64,000 bases of DNA, taken from positions 310,001 through 374,000 of the forward strand of contig NW_027191404.1 in the NCBI RefSeq assembly GCF_041146345.1, in the 5' to 3' direction. Below are positions 25,064 through 35,372 of this stretch, one piece after another. Position 1 is the first letter of the stretch, and each line of letters opens with the position of its first letter. The DNA is from Neodothiora populina. Its lineage: Eukaryota. The notes beneath the pieces are model-generated. The model was not told the DNA's origin. It saw only the letters and a list, made by a program, of their open reading frames with translations, and did no database searches. The position numbers and the translations under genes are program-made.

Positions 25064-25157
25064 CGGAAGTAGAAAAGAAAGACGACGACGAGACGGAAGT
25101 AGAAAAGAAAGACGACGACGGGGCTGCTGCTACTGCTTTCCTGAAGACACGGTGCAT
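22953..25157 (-). CDS. Arginyl-tRNA synthetase (734 aa from ATG 25157; shorter form from ATG 24890), intronless
   Basis: [23 protein letters not shown] (HIGH motif), NYLGDWGKQ, DGTTLYLTRD, GMSTRKG, GDTGPYLQYAHAR and a DALR-type end GMRLLGLSPVERM. Confidence 0.95.
24955..25120. repeat. Microsatellite cluster inside the ArgRS N-terminal extension
   Basis: (GACTGC)5 at 24955-24984, (GAC)9 at 25033-25059, and an exact 30-bp tandem duplication at 25051-25080/25081-25110. Confidence 0.9.
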
Positions 25158-25493
25158 GCAAAAGCTCGAAAGAGACTGTAAGCAGCACTCTGTGTGGGGT
25201 GTATATTTTGATTATTTATTGCGGAAAGAGAGAGGTGTAGAGAATGATAATCTAGTGATTTCTTTGCTTTCCCTTTTTGTTTCTGACTCTTTTGAGAGCC
25301 GAAAGATGGGCAGCTGCGGGGCGGAGAATGATGTTAATGTTTTTTCAAACATCAGATCTTATCTTATCGCCGACTCATACTTTGTACAATCTCTCTCCCT
25401 GGTATACCTACCTTAGTCATACTGTACGGAGATATGCAGACATACAAAATAGAATAAACAAGTTCGACATTATCGTCCTATGTTGACCATCAT

Positions 25494-25497
<4 letters not shown>

Positions 25498-25545
<48 letters not shown>
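25498..25545. repeat. (TC)n microsatellite, about 20 units, followed by (AC)n
   Basis: Directly visible; it abuts the stop codon of the GT90 gene. Confidence 0.95.
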
Positions 25546-27430
25546 TCCCTTCATCTCCGTCGACCCAGCCCAGTCTCTCCCGCTCGTCGTCGCATATCCT
25601 GGCGTACTCGAGCAGCAGCCGGAAAACATAAATCTGCATGTCCTCTCTGCGCAGCACCCTCTCGGCCCACGCCTTGCCTCCCAGCGCGATATCGCGAGCC
25701 ACATGGTCGTGACCCGCCTTGTCGCTCTCTTCATTCCCGAGGAAATACTCCATGATGCCGTAAACATCGACAAAAGTATTGTCCATGGGCACGAAATGCA
25801 CCCACGGCACCAGCCGCGAGTCGTGCCACTCGTCGTAGATGGTCGCTTTGATCGGCATGCTCGTGCTGCCCATGAACCCCCTGTAGCGGCCCGAGAACGA
25901 ATTGCCGTCAATGTCCGGCAGGTATTTGTATGCGTACTGTTCTTTCATCGCCATCGGCTTGGCCGCCGCGTACCAAGCGTCTGTGTATGCGCAATGCGGC
26001 GGGTTGGGGTCGGGGAAACAGAGCAGATGGGCGAATCCGGCGTCGGCAAACGTGTCCACCCACTCGCCCAGGTCGGGCGCGCTGAGGTTGTACAGTCCAT
26101 GTCCGGGCAGTCGGATGTTCGGCGAGTCTATGCTCGAGTTCGCCACTCTGCTGACCGTCGTGCCGTTCATCATCGCCACGAACCTGTGGCGCTGGAAGCG
26201 TGTCCAGTTCTCCGCCTTGTTTCGTCCCCCCGACGCAGCTCCACGCCATATTAGTTTGTTTTGTTTCTCCTGCCACTTGGCTCCGTGATCATTGCCGCCC
26301 GAGTAAAAGGGGTCGTTCGTCCAGTACATGGCTGGCGGTAGCAGTATTTCATTATTCATCGGCAGCTTGGACCCTCCAAACATGGGGAACAGCTTCTTGG
26401 AGTTCGACTGTGAGATGGGCTCGACAAACGTCCCGTGCAGCTGCTGTAGCTCCGGATTGTCGCAGGGTGACTTGGTCAGCGTCCAGTTCTGGACGTATCC
26501 TTGGTAACTGCGCTCGGGATATGTATTTGGTAGTGGTGGAAACTTGGTGTAGTCTGCTTCAGCCGTGTATGTCGTCCTGGCAGGCGAATCTGGCGAGCAT
26601 CCCACGACGGCCAGATCCCAGTAGTTGCCCCATCCAAACTCGGGATCGAAAGGCGGCACCGACTCGCCTTCCCGAATAGAGGTATTCGAATAAGTGCCAA
26701 TGACTTGTGAAGCGTCCATGATTTTGCGACTCTTTCTTTCCACCGCCATATATCCATCAATCGTCTCCCACGGCACAATCAAGCGCGACTCGTCCATGAC
26801 ATTGATGGCCATGTCCAAATCAGGCAGATGCTCGGCTATCGTGCCCACCAGATCCCCCCACAGATCCATCCACGGTCTGCCCTCGGGCAAGTCTGTGCGT
26901 TTGGTCATGTTGCCGCTCCTGACACTGATTCTGTGTACGAAGTCATAAGCCTGCTGCCTGATCTCCAGAGCGGGAATGGCCCAGAAGGGGTTCAAGTCGT
27001 GGTAGATCTGGTCGAAAAAGTCTTCGACGATGGTGGCGTTGTGTTGCTGGGCGAAGGCGAACCAGGCATCAAAACCAGGCGGCGGTCGTCGTCCGCGGCG
27101 TGACTGATATGCTTGCGCCGCGCCGTGCAGAGAGTGTGTCTCTCGTGCGAGCAGGTCTTGTTGTTCGGCCATGGCTTTGGTGCGCAACGTGTCGATTGCA
27201 TGCCACGCTCTCTCTGCGTTTGGTGTTTCGCCCGTCGCCACGTCTGCTGCCGCCGCATCCTCTTTCTCGTGCTCTCCTGAACCTCCAAGCCCCCCGACGA
27301 GAGGGATCCGTCTCAGCGCCGCATTCCCAAACGCCGTCAGATACAGCCAGCCCACCAGAGTCAAGACGACGGCGACGACGAGCAACTGCGTCAGCCGCCC
27401 GGGCAGTCTCATCGATGACGACATCAACAT
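25538..27430 (-). CDS. CAP10-like glycosyltransferase family 90 (beta-1,2-xylosyltransferase-like), type II membrane protein, 630 aa, intronless
   Basis: N-terminal signal anchor LLVVAVVLTLVGWLYL; RGRRPPPGFDAWF, INVMDESR, WRGAASGG, KYLPDIDGNSFSGR, EWHDSRLVPWVHFVP and YVFRLLLEYAR are typical of CAP10/Cxt1 proteins. Confidence 0.88.
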
Positions 27431-28092
27431 GGTCGCTCTTGTCTATCTGCGCCCATGCGGTTTGCTCGGACTCCTCTCATCCAAGTGTCGAGGCGACGAA
27501 TCTGGTTCTGGCCGATTGTTCGTGGTCGCCTGAAGCATGAGAAGGAGCAAGGAGACACGGCGCGCGCTCATGTGCTTGATCGCATGATAAGAGTGGTGGT
27601 GTGGAAGACGAATTTCATCGTTTTGACAATGCTGAGAGCAACGGATGCTTGACAGATGGAATGATGGACTATTGATGCATTGAATGCCTTGTTTTATCAT
27701 CGATGATCGTGAGCTAAATCAAGTTAATGCAACTTTGTATCTCCATGAACTCGCCTTCTAGACCCCTGCCAAGCAAAGCCTCATTCGCTGCCCTAGGTAC
27801 CACCATCTACTAGCTACTGTATCTCACCTATCTTACTTATATACTATTACAGTACGTGCGTCTGTGCCAGAACGGAAGAATTCTATCCCCCTGTCATCTC
27901 TCTTACTCTTGCATATCCGGTCTTCGTCCCGTAATCCATCTGGCACAGTGACGCACGTGGAATGTGCAAGGTATATCAAACGTCTCTTTGTTCAACCACC
28001 TAGTCCAGGTCTATACATCTGTCAGGCTACGAAAGCGAGAAGATCGCTGGGGAATGTTGGAATCTGCAAAACGAAAACAAGACCAAACCGCA

Positions 28093-29832
28093 CTACGGCT
28101 CAGCGCCAAAAGCAGCAAATGCAGGCGCCACACTGGCATCGCATCCCTTCTGCACCAGATACTTGCTCGCGCTGCCGTCACTCTTGAGCAACACCACTCC
28201 GCTGGGGCTCTTGATCTCAAAGTAAAGAGATCCCGGACCGCCGCCCTGGTTGCCGTATATGACTCTGATGGGCACATATGCGCCCTTGCTGAGGTACTTG
28301 GTCGCCGACACCGCGCTCGAGTTCTGAAAACTCGAAAGCACCAGTGCGTTGCCTTCGTTGTACCCACTGTATGCCGCCTCACCAACCCAGACGAATGCGA
28401 CGTCGTCGGTCGAAGGAATCGTGAACGTGTAGCTGCCGGCTTCGCGCGCGAAGAAGTAGCCTCTGTGGTTCAAAACCGCGCCATTCGTGTTGAGTGGCGT
28501 CGAGGTTCCAGCGTAGAACGTGGTCGTCGTGTTCCAGGACCACCACCAGCCGCCCACGTGGTCGCTGGTGCTCTTATACACGGGCTTGACAGTCTTGTAT
28601 GCGACCGGGTCGAGACCGGCGTCGGCGCGAGACCACGTCCATTGAGTGTCGGCGGTGATGTTCGAGTATGACCACTCCACACCGGCGTTGTTGCATGAAG
28701 AGTCGATACACGCATAGCGCGACGATCCTGCGTCGGTACCGTTCGTGTACGCGTAGCTGTAGCCGATCGTGTAGTGGTCCTTTCCGTACCAGTAGCCTGT
28801 GTTCTTGGCATACGAAGCCTCCCAGGACTTGGTGTACATGGCACAGTACTGGCCTACAGGTTGAGAGTTCTTGTAGAGCATGTAAGTGGTGAAGAATTGG
28901 CACGTTTGCCAGAAACCGTGCTGGCGGTCAAAGTCAGATGTCGCGGAACAAAGGGCGGCGCACTTGTTGGCGTCAAAGACACCGTCGGTGAAGAGGCGCA
29001 TCCCCATGTACGTATCGCTGCTGGAACAATCAAGGGGTGCGTTGATGGTTGCCGATCCGAGGTTCTGTGCCGTCTTGTATCCGGCGGCGGGGACTATGGT
29101 GTTGTTAACATAGCCGTTGGATCCTGCAATGACGACCTGAAACTGGTTGCGCCATTGGCCGTAGTTGTTGGCTGTGCTGCTATCCACCGGACCACCCCAG
29201 AAGACACACTTGATCTGCGTAGTTGATGACGGGTTCGAGCATGACGAGTCGTTAGGGTCTACGGAAGGATCACGCTCAAAGTAGATGTTGACAGCCATAC
29301 AGCCGTTGATAGCATTACACTTTGCGCTGCACGCCTGGGTGTCGTAAATCTCCATGAGGGTGTAGCCCAGGTAGAAGTTGCCCGCTAGAGTCGAGCCGTT
29401 GAGGTTGCTGAATGTCTGAGAGTATCCGGTTGGCGTAGGAGCTGCAGACGCAACGCTGGAGAAGTACTCGAGACCAGCAAAGGCTGAGGCAGTGTCGGGA
29501 GTAGGATGAACGGCCACACCAGCGGGCTGCTGGACGCAAGTCGTTGCAGCACGCTTCTCGAGAGCTGGGCTACTAGTAGCGGCGCTGCCCAGGACAGAGC
29601 TGGCAGAAGCAACATCCCCGCTGGCTATGTCTGAAGAGATGGAAGCAATGATTGATGACGCTTCGTATGAAGCTGTAGTTGCCGAAGCGGTCGTCGATGC
29701 TCCAGCAGCAGTGACATAGACAACGGGAATGCTAGCCGTGGGAACAGTGTCGGCTCCGAGAATGGCATCCCAATCGAAGTCTTGAGCATGTGCAAGGGCC
29801 GCACAGGCGGCGACTGCGGCTATAACGCGCAT
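28093..29832 (-). CDS. Secreted Cys-rich protein with a C-terminal GLEYA/PA14-type lectin domain (~579 aa)
   Basis: Signal peptide MRVIAAVAACAALAHA/QD; S/T/A-rich linker ending LEKR; two Cys-rich modules; C-terminal LNHRGYFFA...YTFTIPSTDDVAFVWVG...YVPIRVIYGN, including the DD pair typical of PA14/GLEYA domains. Confidence 0.8.
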   Translation of the reverse strand: MRVIAAVAACAALAHAQDFDWDAILGADTVPTASIPVVYVTAAGASTTASATTASYEASSIIASISSDIASGDVASASSVLGSAATSSPALEKRAATTCVQQPAGVAVHPTPDTASAFAGLEYFSSVASAAPTPTGYSQTFSNLNGSTLAGNFYLGYTLMEIYDTQACSAKCNAINGCMAVNIYFERDPSVDPNDSSCSNPSSTTQIKCVFWGGPVDSSTANNYGQWRNQFQVVIAGSNGYVNNTIVPAAGYKTAQNLGSATINAPLDCSSSDTYMGMRLFTDGVFDANKCAALCSATSDFDRQHGFWQTCQFFTTYMLYKNSQPVGQYCAMYTKSWEASYAKNTGYWYGKDHYTIGYSYAYTNGTDAGSSRYACIDSSCNNAGVEWSYSNITADTQWTWSRADAGLDPVAYKTVKPVYKSTSDHVGGWWWSWNTTTTFYAGTSTPLNTNGAVLNHRGYFFAREAGSYTFTIPSTDDVAFVWVGEAAYSGYNEGNALVLSSFQNSSAVSATKYLSKGAYVPIRVIYGNQGGGPGSLYFEIKSPSGVVLLKSDGSASKYLVQKGCDASVAPAFAAFGAEP

Positions 29833-32264
29833 GTTGATGAGAGAGCAAAGGAGTTGTCGAACCAAAAGGATGATATAGTGGCTGGCTGTGAAAGAACGAA
29901 CCGAATTTGACTACAGAGACTCGATAGCTGGTTATTCTTGATCCCTATGATTGAGAAATTTACGCTGCTTGAGGAGCAAAGAGGTGCTGAGGTTGTACGA
30001 TGACGACTCTATTATACTTATCACGGGTACCATGGCTGCAATCAAGATCTTCCTTTGGTGGCCTGGACTTGCAATACTCGACCATGTGGCAGGAAGCATA
30101 TCATGGCTAATGTCTCAGCCTATAGACCTAGAAGGCGCAACTTCAATTTCTCGTAGATTTGAACCTTACTGTGGTCGTCTCTCACCCACTGTGGCTGTAG
30201 ACTATTCGCGGTGCACTAACACTGGTTTCTATATCCAGCCCTATGATATGTTCTTCAAGATACTGGACTTGGGTGTGTCATCATTTGAGCTCGTGTACCG
30301 CTCCTCGAAGAATTGCATAGTCGTGAATATTCCGTGAAGGACATGACCGTGAATGCGGTGATGATGTTTCTGATCTTGCGCGCTCACTTCCAAAGATACC
30401 AGGTATCACCTTTTTGTTTGGAGGATCTACGATGAGATCTCAGAAATTAAGGTACCGACTAACGCCCTAAGCGTCACCCACCCGTGCAGATCCATCTCGT
30501 GTACCGCACGTGGCCGGATCTTGGCATACGCTGAATTGTGGACTGTAAACTCCCGCCAACTCATCCTTCGTGGACCAATTGTCAGAGGTTTTCGAATAAG
30601 ATGCCACTCTTTCAGGCCGAGACCTTCAGCAGACTTGTTTCCTGACTGGCGCCCTACTGATGATTGTACACCAGTAGAAGCATGTCCATGTTCCAGTGAC
30701 TCCTACGTAGACTTATAATCGTTGATCGAATTGGCAGCAACCCGACTGACTAGCATCGACGTGGGGCCTACCGCACAACACATGAGACGCTCGCGATCGA
30801 ACCACCTACCTTACATGACCACACGTGTGAACTCCATGGGTAGCGGACTCGTACGAATTGAGTAGAGTTCAGCTCGAACCGTACGATACAACCCTGGGCT
30901 TGTATGGGGGGAGTCCAGCCACGACTTCGGAAGGCCCCTAATCTCTCGGTTCGATATAGACTTCTCTCCATCTCCCTGAGCATAGGACCGAGAAAGGGTC
31001 AATAGCGCCGTGATATCCGTTGTGATGCCGACCTCGTGCTGCGGTGCGCAGGGGATGGTTTGAGACATGGGCTGTTCACGGGAAAACGAAGAATCTCCAC
31101 AAGCACAGTGGGAACCATAAGGCAATTCATGATGACGACGAACCACCTGAGACACACAATCCGTGCTTCATCCTCAGGAATACTACCAGTAATACAAGAA
31201 AGTACAGGTCATTGTTAGCAGTATGCCGCCAGTCTATTACAGACCCTATGTTGAGCCTGACTGGGCAAACACGGCTTTGTCTGTCTACTGCTGATTAATT
31301 TCGATTAGTTCATTTGTCGTAATTGCGTTCACTCGAGCCGAACCTAAGTTAAACATGGCGTCTGCAAAACTGCGCCGAACCAGACATAGTGTGGAATCGA
31401 GAAAATCGTACGCGTAGACCTTCCCAGGAAGCCTGTTCTATGCACCACAGTGCACCTGTCTTCCATGAAACTACCAAAGGCTATCAACCACACCGCCGCG
31501 GAACCGAGAGCTCAGCGTGATATTTATCTGTCTAGACAACGGCGCTGGGCTTGGCCTGTCGTATCGTCTGTTCGCGACATGGCATAATCTAGGTGCATCA
31601 TGAACTAGCAGAGTAAGCGTGCTCGTTAATCACTGAGAGAAAATGTGTCGGAAGAAACGTCGGCTTTCGTCAGCAACATATGGCAAATTGCATGCAGTTC
31701 TGATACAATCGAGGTCAATATGCCCAAAAATGCCGGTAAGATCGTCACAAGACTCCCAGACCAGCCCGCAATAATCCTACGGGAGCTTGTCAGAATCGAT
31801 CTTGAGAGATTGAACATGAATTATTATCCGCGGACTTTTTGACCACAGTCAATCCAATGGGTATGTCATCTTCTAATATTGATCACTTCGGCACAAAATT
31901 CGATTTGTGCACGAGTATTCGGATATGCTAGAATATTCGTACCTTATGCTTCTCCCTGCCACTAGATCATATACAGCAATATCCATACCGATCAAGGCCT
32001 CGAGTGATCTTCGAGTTACTTTGTGTATCACTTTAAGCATGCATGTGGTCGAATTGTGTTGAGCTGATTATCATCCGGGCCCTGCGGTCTTTTGATCGTT
32101 TGATTGGTTCAAGTGATTAAGATAGATAAAAGGAACTGATCACGATCCTAATGGAAATGGTTAAGGCAACGACAGTCATCGAGGAATTTGAGCCAGAAAA
32201 TGGGGACAACGCAGAACAATTGGAGATTTATATTACAGCTTGACAGATTCACCTACAGCCAACA

Positions 32265-32336
32265 GGTTGTATGGTGTAATGGTTAGCACACGAGATTCTG
32301 ATTCTCGTGATCCCGGTTCGATTCCGGGTACGACCT
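32265..32336 (+). tRNA. tRNA-Gln (anticodon CTG), intronless
   Basis: Cloverleaf folded by hand: acceptor GGTTGTA/TACGACC, D-stem GTGT/GCAC, anticodon stem CGAGA/TCTCG with loop TT-CTG-AT (32298-32300), T-arm CCCGG-TTCGATT-CCGGG; 72 nt. Confidence 0.96.
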
Positions 32337-32338
32337 CA

Positions 32339-32343
32339 TTTTT
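32339..32343 (+). terminator. RNA polymerase III oligo-T terminator of tRNA-Gln
   Basis: T5 run 2 nt after the discriminator base. Confidence 0.7.
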
Positions 32344-32603
32344 GCCGTACCAGCGTTCCTTTTGGCAGGAGTGACGGGGCTAACACATCAGATCCACAGT
32401 GGTGGTGTTTATTGTCTCAGCCATATGGAATTTCGAGCGCCACATTAGGGCTTTTGGACGACTCGGTTATGCATCAAACCATGATCCGATGCCCTGGTTT
32501 CTGGTCCCCCAGACTCCCTTAGCTCATCTAGGTCCTAACTCCATTACAGTACATGCAGCGCTGCTAGATCAAGGTCCATCAGTCCACGAAGATAATAAGA
32601 AAC

Positions 32604-34274
32604 ATGGCTGAAACGGAGATTCCGTCACTCAGCTACACGCCGGTCGAGTCCATCAAGGGCATCCATGGAACTGTTAACAGAACCTTTCTTTCACATAAGA
32701 CACGTCCGCTCTCATGGCGCTTGACACAGCTTCGCAAGCTATGGTGGGGCATCAAAGATAATGAGGAACAGCTCTACGAAGCATGCAAACGTGATCTTGG
32801 AAAGTCACGCTATGAAACGTATATCAGTGAGATCGGTTGGGTTCTGAATGACATTATTTTCACATGTGATAACCTTGAAAAATGGGCAAAGGACGAGGTC
32901 GCTCCAGACATCCCCCTCATGATGGCTGCAATGCGACCGAAGATCCGAAAGGATCCCTTGGGGGCGGTTCTGGTAGTTGGGTAAACATTGCTATCACTCG
33001 ATTGATTTCACTGCATCTTGCTGATGTTCTACAGAACTTACAACTTTCCCATCCAGCTGTCGTTAGGCCCATTAGTCGGTGCTATGTCAGCAGGTTGTAC
33101 TGCTGTACTCAAGCCTTCAGAGAATGCACCACATAGTGCTGCTGTGATGCAGAGCATTATTGAGTCTCGTCTAGATCCTGAGGCTTTCACCGTCGTTCAA
33201 GGTGGCGTGCCAGGAACCACCGCACTGCTTGACTGCAAGTGGGACAAGATCTTCTACACTGGAGGCGGCAGTGTAGGAACAATCATCGCCAAGAAGGCTG
33301 CAGAGACACTCACACCTGTGACTCTGGAACTCGGGGGCAAAAACCCTGCAATTGTCACCAAAAATGCTGATCCGCGCATTGCAGCACGTCGCTTACTCTG
33401 GGGCAAGGCCCATAATGCTGGTCAAGTATGTGTCAGCCAAAACTATGTCCTCGTCGATCAAGAGATTATGCCGTTCTTCATTGCAGAGCTAAAGTCAGCA
33501 ATCGCCGAGTTTTATCCCAAAGGCATAAAGGAAAGCGATGACTTCTCACGCATAGTCAACGACCGCCAATTCCAGCGATTGAAAAAGATGCTCGACTCTT
33601 CCTCGGGTAAAATCATCAGTGGAGGCACGATGGATGCCGCGACAAGGTTCTTCGAGCTCACGGTCGTCGAAGTGTCGTCGCCCTCGGACCCTTTGCTAGC
33701 CGAAGAATCCTTTGGTCCCGTGATGCCCATCTTACCCGTCAAGGACCTTGATGAAGCGCTCCGGATTGCGAATGACATAGACAGTACTCCATTAGGAGTC
33801 TACGCTTTTGGCAGCTCCGCCGATACAGCAAAGATCCTCACTGGTACTCGGTCCGGTGGTGCGAGCGTCAACGATGGGTTCATCCACGGCTCTATAGCTA
33901 CACTAGAGTTTGGTGGAGTTGGAGGTAGTGGGCAAGGCAGCTATCGCGGGAAAGCCAGCTTCGATTGCTTCTCGCATCGCAGAGCAATTACATACACACC
34001 CTCTTGGGCTGAGACCCTGATGTCTATACGCTACCCACCGTATGCCGGCAAAATGAAGCTGTACAAAACGGCAAATGAGAACAAGCCGAACTTTGATCGC
34101 TCAGGCAATGTACGGGCCAATATCTTCACAAAACTGCTCGCTCTATTCGGGAAGCTATTTGTGGGAGGTGCGAAGAATTGGCTGATTGTATTCGTCACGA
34201 TTCTGGCTACGAGACAATGGCTGATCAGGACGGAAAAGCTGGTGGGTGTGATTGGTTATGGAGGTTGTTGGTGA
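32604..34274 (+). CDS. Aldehyde dehydrogenase, ALDH3/Hfd1-like (fatty aldehyde or apocarotenal type; ~538 aa); exons 32604-32980, 33035-34274
   Basis: DPLGAVLVVGTYNFP after splicing intron 32981-33034; LKPSE, FYTGG, catalytic LELGGKNP and AGQVC, EESFGP, FGGVGGSGQG; RYPPY plus a hydrophobic C-terminal anchor. Confidence 0.9.
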
Positions 34275-35084
34275 GGCTTGCTATCACACATCACAGACTG
34301 CATATATTAAGCACACAAGGCCTAGCGAAGGCTTCTCGCGAATGGATTTTCGGACACACATGTTATTCAAGGATATTTTAATTTAAGGACAGTATGCATC
34401 ATACCTTATGTGTTCGCAATCATATCTCTCTCTCAGCCGATTGTGGACGAGATAAAAACCTACTCTACACAACTGTAGCCGACCTCGGGCCGTGAAATGG
34501 GGTACAATAGAGACATGGAGGTACAATTTGCGTAAAGACAAAGCTCGAGGTTGCTGCTCTAAGATAGGCGTTTCTCCGGATCATCCGAGATCATAAACCG
34601 TCATTAGTCTTTCCTGTGCCGTAGACAGCTCACAGTATACTTGTAGCATATCTCGAGTCATGCTTTCGTTATATTGTACTCTCACTGCTTGCCAAAAATT
34701 ATGGACTTGCGAGGTGATCATGGTTGGTGAAGTGCTGAACATTCAGGCAACCTATAGTGTATGCTCTAAGACATGCAAATTTAGACGGTGTTACCCGCAG
34801 CATGTGGAGCTGCCGTGATAGCTCAGACTCTTGTTGCAAAGCTGGAGACTTACCTTTACCCAACAGAGAAACAGCTTTCTTGGTTGGATCACATGTGAAG
34901 TTGTTGGTTGCATATATAGACGACGGTGGTGGACTATCTATCATAATAGCTAGCTACGTCCCAATAGAAACCTTGCCTTCTGAGACGATTGTTTCAGATT
35001 GCTTTGGGACATGATGCTCGGTCACAGGCAACGCAAGCAGCGAAGCAGCATACAGCAGCCGCCTCAACAACTTGCGTGCCCCGT

Positions 35085-35091
35085 TGAGTCA
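35085..35091. promoter_or_regulatory. Gcn4/CpcA element (TGAGTCA) upstream of ILV5
   Basis: Exact heptamer ~285 nt upstream of the ILV5 ATG; amino-acid biosynthesis genes are established Gcn4/CpcA targets. Confidence 0.5.
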
Positions 35092-35262
35092 TACTTTCTA
35101 ATATGAGGGGACAACTTCATGGGGTTTGTCCAGTGGTCAGCACCAATGATATCCGAAGGAATCAGAACGTCTTTTGCCCTTTCGTCTCCGGTTGTCGTGC
35201 GAAATCTTGGCGTGTGCGCACGGAGATATTAGTCGTTCTGGCCACACAACCCCGGTATTAGG

Positions 35263-35272
35263 CCGATGTCGG
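35263..35272. promoter_or_regulatory. Leu3/LeuB site (CCG-N4-CGG) upstream of ILV5
   Basis: CCGATGTCGG, 100 nt upstream of the ATG; matches the Leu3/LeuB everted-repeat consensus. Confidence 0.55.
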
Positions 35273-35372
35273 TAGACTTTTTCTCACGAGCTCGAGGAAC
35301 AAGTACAACGAGTCACAGTGGCCTTTTCCCATTCCATCTCTTTTCCATTGATACCCATATACCACATCAACC

